This document shows positions 18,242 through 26,725 of a DNA stretch of 64,000 nt, piece by piece; the stretch's first letter is position 1, and each line of letters opens with the position of its first letter. The DNA lies in NCBI GenBank assembly GCA_037442085.1, contig JBBIQY010000003.1, positions 27,001 through 91,000 on the forward strand, read 5' to 3'. The DNA is from Anaerolineae bacterium. Lineage in GTDB: Bacteria; Chloroflexota; Anaerolineae; Anaerolineales; UBA6663. The notes under the pieces are model-generated. The model ran no database searches and was not told the origin of the DNA. It saw nothing but the letters and a program-made list of their open reading frames with translations. The position numbers and the translations under genes were made by a program.

Positions 18242-18715
18242 TCAGGAACCAGCCGGCCGGCTGAGCATCAGCACCGACCACTTTCCGGTCTGGCAGACCT
18301 CGCCGTTCTGGTTGACAACGCCGATTTTGATGGTAACGCTGCCGCCGCCCAGGCGCGGGATGGCGCGGGTCTCGATCACCTCCAGCTCAGCGTGCACGGT
18401 GTCGCCGAAGAACACCGGCTTGCTGAACTTCCACTCGGTGATCTCGCGAAAGGCCAGCACCGTGCCCTCCATCACGCCGGTGCGGGTGATCAGGCCGGAG
18501 ATGATGGCCATGACGCATAGCCCGTGCGCGATGCGCTGGCCGAAGGGCGTCGTCGCCGCGTAGGCGGCATCCGTGTGAATCTGATTGTAGTCGCCGGAGA
18601 GACCGGCGAAGGCGACCACGTCCGCTTCGGTGACGGTGCGCGGCGTGGAAACGACCTTCTGACCGATCTCAAACTCTTCAAAGTACATACCGCGCTGGGC
18701 GGGGGGCAGAGGCAT
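18242..18715 (-). CDS. MaoC-like (R)-specific enoyl-CoA hydratase / dehydratase
   Basis: FAGLSGDYNQIHTD...FGQRIAHG is the hot-dog fold hydratase motif. SD AAGGAG, with TATAAT further upstream (rc of 18741-18746). Confidence 0.85.
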   Translation of the reverse strand: MPLPPAQRGMYFEEFEIGQKVVSTPRTVTEADVVAFAGLSGDYNQIHTDAAYAATTPFGQRIAHGLCVMAIISGLITRTGVMEGTVLAFREITEWKFSKPVFFGDTVHAELEVIETRAIPRLGGGSVTIKIGVVNQNGEVCQTGKWSVLMLSRPAGS

Positions 18716-18794
18716 GGTGGTGCTCCTTGTCAGTGGGCCGATTATATTGTGTGTCGCGTGTTCCGCTCATATCTCACGGAGCACGCAACCCAAG

Positions 18795-19442
18795 CTAGCC
18801 GGTCTCCTCCAAATCCACAAACCGCCATCTCGCCGCTTCATCCTGCACCTCGCCGATCAGCGCCAGCGTGCGCTCGAACTCGAAGACGGTGCGCTGGCGG
18901 GCAGCTTCGAAGGCGAGGGGGAAGAGCGGGCCGGCAACGAGGCTGTCCAGGTTCATCACGGCGTGCGAGTCGGCGGGTAAGGTGCGTTTGAGCCAGGGGC
19001 GGAGAGCCGGGAGGTAATAAAGCAACTCTAGCGGCAGGTACACGCGCGCGGCAAACAGGCGCGGGTGCTTGAGCAACGCCGGGTCGAGGGCGTTGATGCC
19101 CGCCTCCCCCGCCCCACTCTCCCGCCGGGAGCGGAGATGATCTTCTGCCCATAGACTCACGTAGTTGGTGTGTGCGTAAAAGTCCTGGGCAACGTGGGTG
19201 AGGCGGCCAAACGCGGCCCAGGCTTCAGCCGGGTCGGTCGCGCGGGCGGCCTCGGCCCGGCATGTCTCGAGGTAGGCCAACGCTTTGGGGATGTCTTCGT
19301 CGCAGTGATACTCGGGATGGAAAAGCAGGCCGCGCCAGCCGTCCTGCCCGAGATTGGCGCGGGTGATGGCTTGCAGGGCGCGCGCCGAGACGCACTTGCC
19401 GAGAGCGCGCTCGAGCAGGTCAACGTGATAGCCGGCATCCAT
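18795..19442 (-). CDS. Hypothetical protein with His-rich Het-C / zinc-phospholipase-C-like motif
   Basis: HPEYHCDED ... GRLTHVAQDFYAHTNYV. The H..QDFY.H.NY pattern is reminiscent of Het-C/zinc-PLC folds. Weak call. Confidence 0.4.
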   Translation of the reverse strand: MDAGYHVDLLERALGKCVSARALQAITRANLGQDGWRGLLFHPEYHCDEDIPKALAYLETCRAEAARATDPAEAWAAFGRLTHVAQDFYAHTNYVSLWAEDHLRSRRESGAGEAGINALDPALLKHPRLFAARVYLPLELLYYLPALRPWLKRTLPADSHAVMNLDSLVAGPLFPLAFEAARQRTVFEFERTLALIGEVQDEAARWRFVDLEETG

Positions 19443-19509
19443 AGGGGATAGGTGGGGCCATAAACGCGCGGATTTGCTCTTGACCGAGAGGATGACCGAT
19501 GATTGATGA

Positions 19510-20163
19510 CTATGGCCCGACGGTGATCAAGTCCTTGATCTGCTCGAACGTGGCCGGGCCGATACCGCGCACATTCTGAATGTCCTGGATCCGTTTGAAG
19601 TCACCGTTTGCCGTGCGGTAGTCAATGATGCGCTGGGCGATGGCCGGGCCGATGCGTGGCAGGGTCTCCAGCTCGGCCCGCGTCGCGGTGTTGATGTTGA
19701 TCTTTGCGCCGCCGGCCGGCAGGCTCAGGCTGCGGCTCGGGGCGGGCGTCTCGCTCGGCCCGACTGTGGCGGTGGGCTGCGGCGTGGGTGAAGGCGTGCC
19801 CGGCCCGACCGTCACGGTCGGCGGGAGCGGCGTGGCAGTCGGCGGAATCTCCGGCACGTTGACGCGGTCGCCATCTTGCAGCAACTGCGCCAGGTTCAAG
19901 CCCCGCAGGTCCGCGTTGGGCAAAGCGCCGCCGGCGGCTTGCAGTGCGTCTTCCACGATGCTGCCGCGCGCCAGCGCATACACGCCGGGCGTTGCCACTG
20001 CACCCAGCACGTACACGCGCACCGGCGCGGGCGTCGGCGCTTCGGCGAGAGTGACCGGCTGGCCCGGCGGGCGACGCGCGGCCACTAACAGGATACCGGT
20101 CACGGCCAGCGCTAGCCCGAGTCCATACAACACTCCATAGATGAAACGGCGATCAATCCCCAT
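19510..20163 (-). CDS. comEA: ComEA-family DNA-binding protein (TM, SLBB-like domain, Pro/Thr linker, helix-hairpin-helix)
   Basis: C-terminal ININTATRAELETLPRIGPAIAQRIIDYRTANGDFKRIQDIQNVRGIGPATFEQIK is the classic ComEA HhH2. Confidence 0.9.
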   Translation of the reverse strand: MGIDRRFIYGVLYGLGLALAVTGILLVAARRPPGQPVTLAEAPTPAPVRVYVLGAVATPGVYALARGSIVEDALQAAGGALPNADLRGLNLAQLLQDGDRVNVPEIPPTATPLPPTVTVGPGTPSPTPQPTATVGPSETPAPSRSLSLPAGGAKININTATRAELETLPRIGPAIAQRIIDYRTANGDFKRIQDIQNVRGIGPATFEQIKDLITVGP

Positions 20164-20200
20164 CGCCCCGCTCCTGAGTCATAGGCCGGTATCTGGCGCG

Positions 20201-20208
20201 ATTATAAT
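20201..20208. promoter_or_regulatory. Palindromic ATTATAAT: shared -10 for divergent comEA and MFS promoters
   Basis: TATAAT reads on + at 20203-20208, 8 nt before ATG 20217 with no SD. It reads on - at 20206-20201, about 35 nt before the SD-preceded comEA start. Confidence 0.45.
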
Positions 20209-20216
20209 GCACTACC

Positions 20217-21386
20217 ATGCCTACCCTGCTATTGCTGCTCGCCTATCTCGGCTTCGTCAGCCTCGGCCTGCCGGATGCCACGCTCGGCGTAGTCTGGCCC
20301 TCGCTGCGCACGACGTTCGGTCTGCCGCAGGCCGCGCTGGGTATCGCGCTGATAGCGGGCAGCGCGGGCTATGCGCTCTCCAGCCTCAACTCCGGCGTAA
20401 TTATCAGACGGCTGGGCGTGGGCAGCCTGCTCGCCGCCAGCACGGTGCTGATGGCCTTCGCCCTCGCGGGTTACAGCTTTGCAGTTTCGTGGCCGATGTA
20501 TCTGGCGTGCGCATTCGGCGCGGGCATCGGCTCCGGGGCGATTGACACCGGCCTCAACACCTACGCCGCCAACCACTTCAGCAGCAAACACATGAACTGG
20601 CTGCACGCCTGCTACGGCGTCGGCGCGACGCTCGGCCCGATCGTGATGACGGCGGTGCTGAGCGCCGGGCTGATCTGGCGCTGGGGCTTTGGCCTGCTGG
20701 CCGTGAGCATGACTGCGCTGGGCGCGGCCTTCTCGTTCACGCGCCGCCTGTGGGATGACTCGCCCGCGCTGGCTGCGCAGCCCGCGCAACGCGGCGACCG
20801 CCGCCGGCTGCTGAGCGCGCTGGCGCCCTGGCTTCAAATCCACGTTTTCTTCATCTACACCGGCCTCGAGGTGACGGCAGGCCAGTGGAGCTTCACGCTG
20901 CTGACCGAGTCGCGCGGCGTGGACTTGACGACGGCGGGCTTGTGGGTGAGCGCGTACTGGGGCAGCCTGACGGTGGGCCGATTCCTGCTGGGCGGCATCG
21001 TCGAGCATGTGGGCCTGGAGCAGCTGATCGGGCTGAGCCTGGCGGGCGCGGTGATCGGCGCGGCGCTGCTGGCGGCGCGGCTCTGGCCGACGCTCAACGC
21101 CTTCGGCCTGGCGCTGCTCGGCTTCTCGCTCGCGCCCATCTTCCCGTGCCTGATGTCGCTGACGCCGCTGCGCTTCGGCGCGGCCAACTCCCTGCACCTG
21201 GTAGGGTTCCAGACGACGGCGGCGATGCTCGGCGCGCTCAGCTTACCGAGCCTGGCCGGCCTGCTGGCGCAGTCGTTCAGCCTGGAAGCGGTGGCGACGC
21301 AGTTGGTCGTCGTCGCGCTGCTGCTCACGGCCCTGAACTTTGCCCTGCGCGCCCTGCTCCGCCGACCTGCTCTGCAAGAAACGTAG
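20217..21386 (+). CDS. MFS transporter
   Basis: 389 aa, 12 predicted hydrophobic helices, typical MFS composition. Confidence 0.8.
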   Translation: MPTLLLLLAYLGFVSLGLPDATLGVVWPSLRTTFGLPQAALGIALIAGSAGYALSSLNSGVIIRRLGVGSLLAASTVLMAFALAGYSFAVSWPMYLACAFGAGIGSGAIDTGLNTYAANHFSSKHMNWLHACYGVGATLGPIVMTAVLSAGLIWRWGFGLLAVSMTALGAAFSFTRRLWDDSPALAAQPAQRGDRRRLLSALAPWLQIHVFFIYTGLEVTAGQWSFTLLTESRGVDLTTAGLWVSAYWGSLTVGRFLLGGIVEHVGLEQLIGLSLAGAVIGAALLAARLWPTLNAFGLALLGFSLAPIFPCLMSLTPLRFGAANSLHLVGFQTTAAMLGALSLPSLAGLLAQSFSLEAVATQLVVVALLLTALNFALRALLRRPALQET

Positions 21387-21492
21387 GTGACTGTCACTGG
21401 GCGTCCAGCTTTCCAATGATCACGCTCTTATCGCCCATTGACGGTCACCTGTAGCCCATCATCCTCTCACTCCGTCACCCTTCCACCTCGGC

Positions 21493-22221
21493 ATGATTGG
21501 CCTCGGCACCCTCCTCAACGTCCTCACCGTCCTCATCGGCGGGCTGCTCGGCGCGCGCTTTAGCGAACGCCTGCCGCCCCGCGTGCGCGAGAGCGTCATC
21601 AACGTGCTCGGCCTGTTCACCATTGCCTACGGCCTGAGTCAGTTCTTCGCCACACAAAACTCGCTCATCACCCTAGGCAGTGTGCTCGTCGGCGGGCTGC
21701 TGGGGGAGTGGTGGCGGATCGAGGCACAGTTGCAGAAGCTGGGCGCGTGGCTGGAGGCGCGCTTCGCCCGCAGCGGCTCGAGCGAAGCAACCGCGCGCTT
21801 CATCCGCGGCTTCGTCACCGCCAGCCTGGTGTTCTGCGTCGGGCCGATGACGATCCTGGGCTCGTTCGAAGATGGGCTGACGGGGAACTTTCAGACGCTG
21901 GCGATCAAGTCGGTGCTGGATGGCTTTGCGGCGCTGGCCTTCGCTTCGTCGCTGGGGATCGGCGTGATGTTCTCGGCGCTGGTCATCTTTCTGTACCAAG
22001 GCGCGCTGACTCTGCTGGCCGTGCAGGCGCAGGCCGTGCTCACCGCGCCAATGATTGCGGAGATGACGGCGGCGGGCGGCCTGTTGATCATGGGCATCGG
22101 CTTTGGCGCGCTGCTGGAGCTGCGGCCCATCCGCGTGGCGAACTACCTGCCCGCGCTCGTCATCGCGCCGCTGATCGTGGCCGCGCTCACGGCGCTGGGG
22201 ATTCCGCTGAGTCCGCGTTAA
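21493..22221 (+). CDS. DUF554-family membrane protein
   Basis: MIGLGTLLNVLTVLIGGLLGARF...INVLGLFTIAYGL resembles YdfK/DUF554 N-termini. Polytopic. Confidence 0.7.
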   Translation: MIGLGTLLNVLTVLIGGLLGARFSERLPPRVRESVINVLGLFTIAYGLSQFFATQNSLITLGSVLVGGLLGEWWRIEAQLQKLGAWLEARFARSGSSEATARFIRGFVTASLVFCVGPMTILGSFEDGLTGNFQTLAIKSVLDGFAALAFASSLGIGVMFSALVIFLYQGALTLLAVQAQAVLTAPMIAEMTAAGGLLIMGIGFGALLELRPIRVANYLPALVIAPLIVAALTALGIPLSPR

Positions 22222-22346
22222 CGCAAATGACCAATGCATAGGCGTTACGCAGTTGAACCGCGAAGACGCCAAGAACGCGAAGGAATCTCATTGATTTTGA
22301 CATCGCAGCTTCAGAAGCCCAGCGCTGTATATTGACCAACCACCCA

Positions 22347-23414
22347 TCAGGTCTCAATCGAAATCGCCACGCCCTGCCCCCTCACCCACCCCACAAACGC
22401 CCCGGCTTCCAGCGCCTGCGCCGGGGCCAGCACGCCGCGCTTGTCGTAGCCCTCAGCCAGCAGTTGCTGCGCGGCGTAGGCGGCGATCTCGGCGGTCAGG
22501 CCGTACGGGTCCGCGCCGCGCGCGGTGACGGTGCGCGTCCCGTGCGCGTAAGTCAGTTCCACCTGAACGACGAAGCGCGAGGCGTGGAACGAGTCCTCGG
22601 GTGGAGGCGGCATCAGGTAGCGGAAGGAGAGCGCCGTCAGCGCGCCGAGCGGCGAGCGCAGCAGCACACTGACGAGGGGCAGCAAGCCGGCGGCCACGCC
22701 CGCCCAGCGCCGCGAGACGGCCAGCCAGGCCTGCACGTCGCTCACCTTCAGATGTGCGGGCACGGTCACGGCTTCACAGCTCGGGAAGGCCAGCGCGCGG
22801 TAGGGGCGTCCGTTGATCTCCCCACCGCGCACCGCGCCGCCCGGCAGGCCGCGCACCCACTTCCTGCCGCGATACGCCAGCCACGATTGTGCAAAGGTCT
22901 TGAGCGCCGAGAGCCGTGTACCGTAACTCACCACGCCGCCCGGCAGCACATACACCACGTCCACCGCGCGCAGCGGTTGCGGCAGGTCGCGGGCGGCCAC
23001 TGACGTCAGACAATCGGCAATCGCCACCTCGAAGGCGCAGGCCGGCACGAGCGCCGCGCCCGTCTGCCGCGCCAGCGCGTCGTACTGGCGCAGGCGGTAG
23101 GCGTAGCTCAACTCGTTGGTCAGATCGAGGTAGTGGACGCCGTACGTCGCGGCCAGGCGCGCCACCGGCTCGCCCAGATCGGTGAACGGCCCGGCGCAGT
23201 TGATCAGCAGGCGCGTGTTCTGGAAGAGGGACGGCAGAGTAGCCGGCGCGGCGACATCGGCAGTGAGGGTGGCGGGCCTGGAGGCGAGCGACCCGGCGAG
23301 CGCGGCGAGCTTCTCCGGCGAACGGCCCGCCAGGCGGAACGGCAGGCCCGTGCGGTCGAGCACGCGCGCGACCCGTTGACCGGTGTAACCGGTTGCGCCG
23401 AAGACGACGACCAT
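22347..23414 (-). CDS. Saccharopine dehydrogenase-like NAD(P)-binding protein
   Basis: N-terminal Rossmann VVVFGATGYTGQRVARVL. The size and C-terminal domain are consistent with the family. Confidence 0.65.
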   Translation of the reverse strand: MVVVFGATGYTGQRVARVLDRTGLPFRLAGRSPEKLAALAGSLASRPATLTADVAAPATLPSLFQNTRLLINCAGPFTDLGEPVARLAATYGVHYLDLTNELSYAYRLRQYDALARQTGAALVPACAFEVAIADCLTSVAARDLPQPLRAVDVVYVLPGGVVSYGTRLSALKTFAQSWLAYRGRKWVRGLPGGAVRGGEINGRPYRALAFPSCEAVTVPAHLKVSDVQAWLAVSRRWAGVAAGLLPLVSVLLRSPLGALTALSFRYLMPPPPEDSFHASRFVVQVELTYAHGTRTVTARGADPYGLTAEIAAYAAQQLLAEGYDKRGVLAPAQALEAGAFVGWVRGQGVAISIET

Positions 23415-23427
23415 CAGTTAATGGCGA

Positions 23428-24378
<951 letters not shown>

Positions 24379-24957
24379 TTACGCCAGAGGTTGGGCGGCA
24401 GCGTTGGCTTCGGCCAGTGCGCGTTGCCAGTCCTCGCGCAGCACCCCCATCACAATCGTGTCGCGGTACACGCCGTTGTAAAAGTTCGCCTGGCGCAGCC
24501 GGCCCTCGATCAGGAAGCCGACCTTCTGATAGCTGCGGATGGCGCGCTCATTGTCCGAGTAGACGTGGAGTTGGACGCGGTTGAGGTTGAGCGTGTAGAA
24601 GCCCCAAGCCACCAGCGTCTGCATGGCGTCGGTGCCGAAGCCCTTGCCCCAGTACTCGCGCGCGCCGATCAGGATGCCGACCGTGCCGACGCGATGGCGC
24701 CAGTCAATATCCCGGTAGCCGCACGAGCCGATGTGCACCCACGGCCCGACGGCGTCCGCCGGCCCGGCTTCGATGGCCCAGGTCTGTTCGCTGCCCTGGC
24801 CCAGGTTGCGCTCGAACCAGCGCTCCTCCTGCACCTGGCCATAGGGCACAGGCATATCTAGGTAAGAGCGCAGCTCCGGATCGGCAAGCCACTTGACGAA
24901 GCGCGGCAAATCATCTTTTTCGATCGGGCGCAGGCGAACGCGTTGGCCGAGGATCAT
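24379..24957 (-). CDS. GNAT N-acetyltransferase (RimJ/RimL-like)
   Basis: GILIGAREYWGKGFGTDAM...LNRVQLHVYSDNERAIRSYQKVGF. The stop abuts the prs start codon. Confidence 0.85.
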   Translation of the reverse strand: MILGQRVRLRPIEKDDLPRFVKWLADPELRSYLDMPVPYGQVQEERWFERNLGQGSEQTWAIEAGPADAVGPWVHIGSCGYRDIDWRHRVGTVGILIGAREYWGKGFGTDAMQTLVAWGFYTLNLNRVQLHVYSDNERAIRSYQKVGFLIEGRLRQANFYNGVYRDTIVMGVLREDWQRALAEANAAAQPLA

Positions 24958-25034
24958 GACGGATCAGGCTCCTGAACAAATTCGGCGAATCATGATTGAT
25001 GACTGATGATTTTCAGTCATCAGTCATCATGACA

Positions 25035-25976
25035 TCAGTCATCCGTTTTCAATAATTCTCTCACAGCCGAGGTTGGGTCAATTTCGCGCGCCTGAAGTTT
25101 ATCCAGTACGTCGCTCAGTTGTCCATTCCCCAGCCGGTTAACAAGGCGCAAGAAAAGCGTCTCGCGCAGACGGAGTTCCAGTTCGGTGCGCAACCGCTCG
25201 CGCTCCCGCTGCTGCCAGGCGCCGGAGGCGCGCAGAAAATCACGGTGGGCATTGACGTGATCGAGCAACTCGCCGACGCCCCGGCCTGTGGTGGCGACGG
25301 TTTGCACAATCGGCGGCAGCCAGCCGGCCTCGGCATGGGCGCTGCGGCCGATCTCCAGTGAGGCGCGCAGCGTGCGCAGCGCCGCCTCGGCGCCGGGCCG
25401 GTCGGCTTTGTTGAGCACCAGCACATCGGCGATCTCCAGGATGCCGGCCTTGAGGCCCTGCACCTCGTCGCCCAGGCCGGGCGCCTCCACGACGAGCGTG
25501 GTGTGCGCCATGCGGGCGATGTCCACTTCGGTCTGACCGGCGCCCACCGTCTCGACGATGACGCGCTGAAAACCGGCGGCGTCCAGCACGCGGGCTACAT
25601 CGGCCGTGGTGCGCGCCAGCCCGCCGAGCGCGCCGCGGCTGGCCATCGAGCGGATGAACACGCCCGGGTCGCCGGCCAGGTCGCGCATACGGATGCGGTC
25701 GCCGAGCACCGCGCCGCCGCTGAAAGGGCTGGTCGGATCCACCGCCACCACGGCCACGGTCTCGCCGGCGCGGCGCAGGGCCTTGGTCAACTCATTGACC
25801 AGGCTGCTCTTGCCCGTGCCCGGCGCGCCCGTCACGCCGATGACATGTGCACGGCCGGTGTACGGGAACAACCTCGTTAGCGCCTCGTCGGCGAGCGGCG
25901 TCAGATTCTCAACTTGCGTAATCAGGCGGGCCAGGGCGCCGCGTTCGCCGGCCAGGATAGGCGCAGGGTCGAACAT
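25035..25976 (-). CDS. meaB: Methylmalonyl-CoA mutase-associated G-protein chaperone
   Basis: GVTGAPGTGKSSLV P-loop, ETVGAGQ, LNKADR. These are the ArgK/MeaB signature blocks. Confidence 0.9.
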   Translation of the reverse strand: MFDPAPILAGERGALARLITQVENLTPLADEALTRLFPYTGRAHVIGVTGAPGTGKSSLVNELTKALRRAGETVAVVAVDPTSPFSGGAVLGDRIRMRDLAGDPGVFIRSMASRGALGGLARTTADVARVLDAAGFQRVIVETVGAGQTEVDIARMAHTTLVVEAPGLGDEVQGLKAGILEIADVLVLNKADRPGAEAALRTLRASLEIGRSAHAEAGWLPPIVQTVATTGRGVGELLDHVNAHRDFLRASGAWQQRERERLRTELELRLRETLFLRLVNRLGNGQLSDVLDKLQAREIDPTSAVRELLKTDD

Positions 25977-26177
25977 GAGGGGAAGAGGCGACAGGTGAAG
26001 GGAAAAGGGCCAGGGGCCGTCTTAACTATCCGGGTTGCGCTTAGCGTTAAGCGATTGAAGGGTCGCCGTCAGGCCGCCGATGATACGACCCAGTGTCTCC
26101 ACGCGTTGGGTAATTATGGCTTCCGGCAGCAGACGCTTCATCCGCTTCTCTCCCTTTTATCATGCGCTGCACCAGCC

Positions 26178-26600
26178 TCACCTGTCCCCTGCCCCTTGTC
26201 CTTTGACCCTCGTTACCCTTTTCACCGCCTCCACCACGGCCTCCATGCTCGTGCCGGGGCCAAAGACCTCGGCCACGCCCATCTGCCTGAGCTTGGGGAT
26301 GTCCTCATCTGGGATGATGCCGCCGAGGAAGACGGGCACGTCGCCCTGGCCGTTGGCGCGCAGCAGCTCCAGCACGCGCGGCGTGAGCGCCATGTGCGCG
26401 CCCGACAGGATGGACAGGCCGACCACATCCACATCCTCCTGCAGCGCGGCCTCGGCCACCATCTCCGGCGTCTGGCGCAAGCCGGTGTAGATCACCTCCA
26501 TACCGGCGTCACGCAGCGCACGCGCGATCACTTTTGCGCCGCGATCGTGGCCGTCCAATCCGGGTTTGGCAACCAACACGCGAATTTTCTGCTCGGGCAT
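26178..26600 (-). CDS. Methylmalonyl-CoA mutase small subunit (stand-alone B12-binding domain)
   Basis: [29 protein letters not shown] contains the DxHxxG cobalamin-binding motif. 140 aa. Confidence 0.9.
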   Translation of the reverse strand: MPEQKIRVLVAKPGLDGHDRGAKVIARALRDAGMEVIYTGLRQTPEMVAEAALQEDVDVVGLSILSGAHMALTPRVLELLRANGQGDVPVFLGGIIPDEDIPKLRQMGVAEVFGPGTSMEAVVEAVKRVTRVKGQGAGDR

Positions 26601-26690
26601 GGGCTTGTCGTGAGTCGGAGCAGCGGTCAGGCTGGGGATGATGTGAATGGGATTATACCCTAAGTCTAACGCGCCTTTGAAAGTTGGCGC

Positions 26691-26719
26691 TTGTCCTGCG
26701 CCGGACGCACGCCTAGAAT
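26691..26719 (+). promoter_or_regulatory. Sigma70-type promoter TTGTCC - 17 nt - TAGAAT placed 6 nt before the kinase ATG (leaderless)
   Basis: -35 at 26691-26696, -10 at 26714-26719, ATG at 26726. There is no SD. Confidence 0.5.
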
Positions 26720-26725
26720 CAGGCT

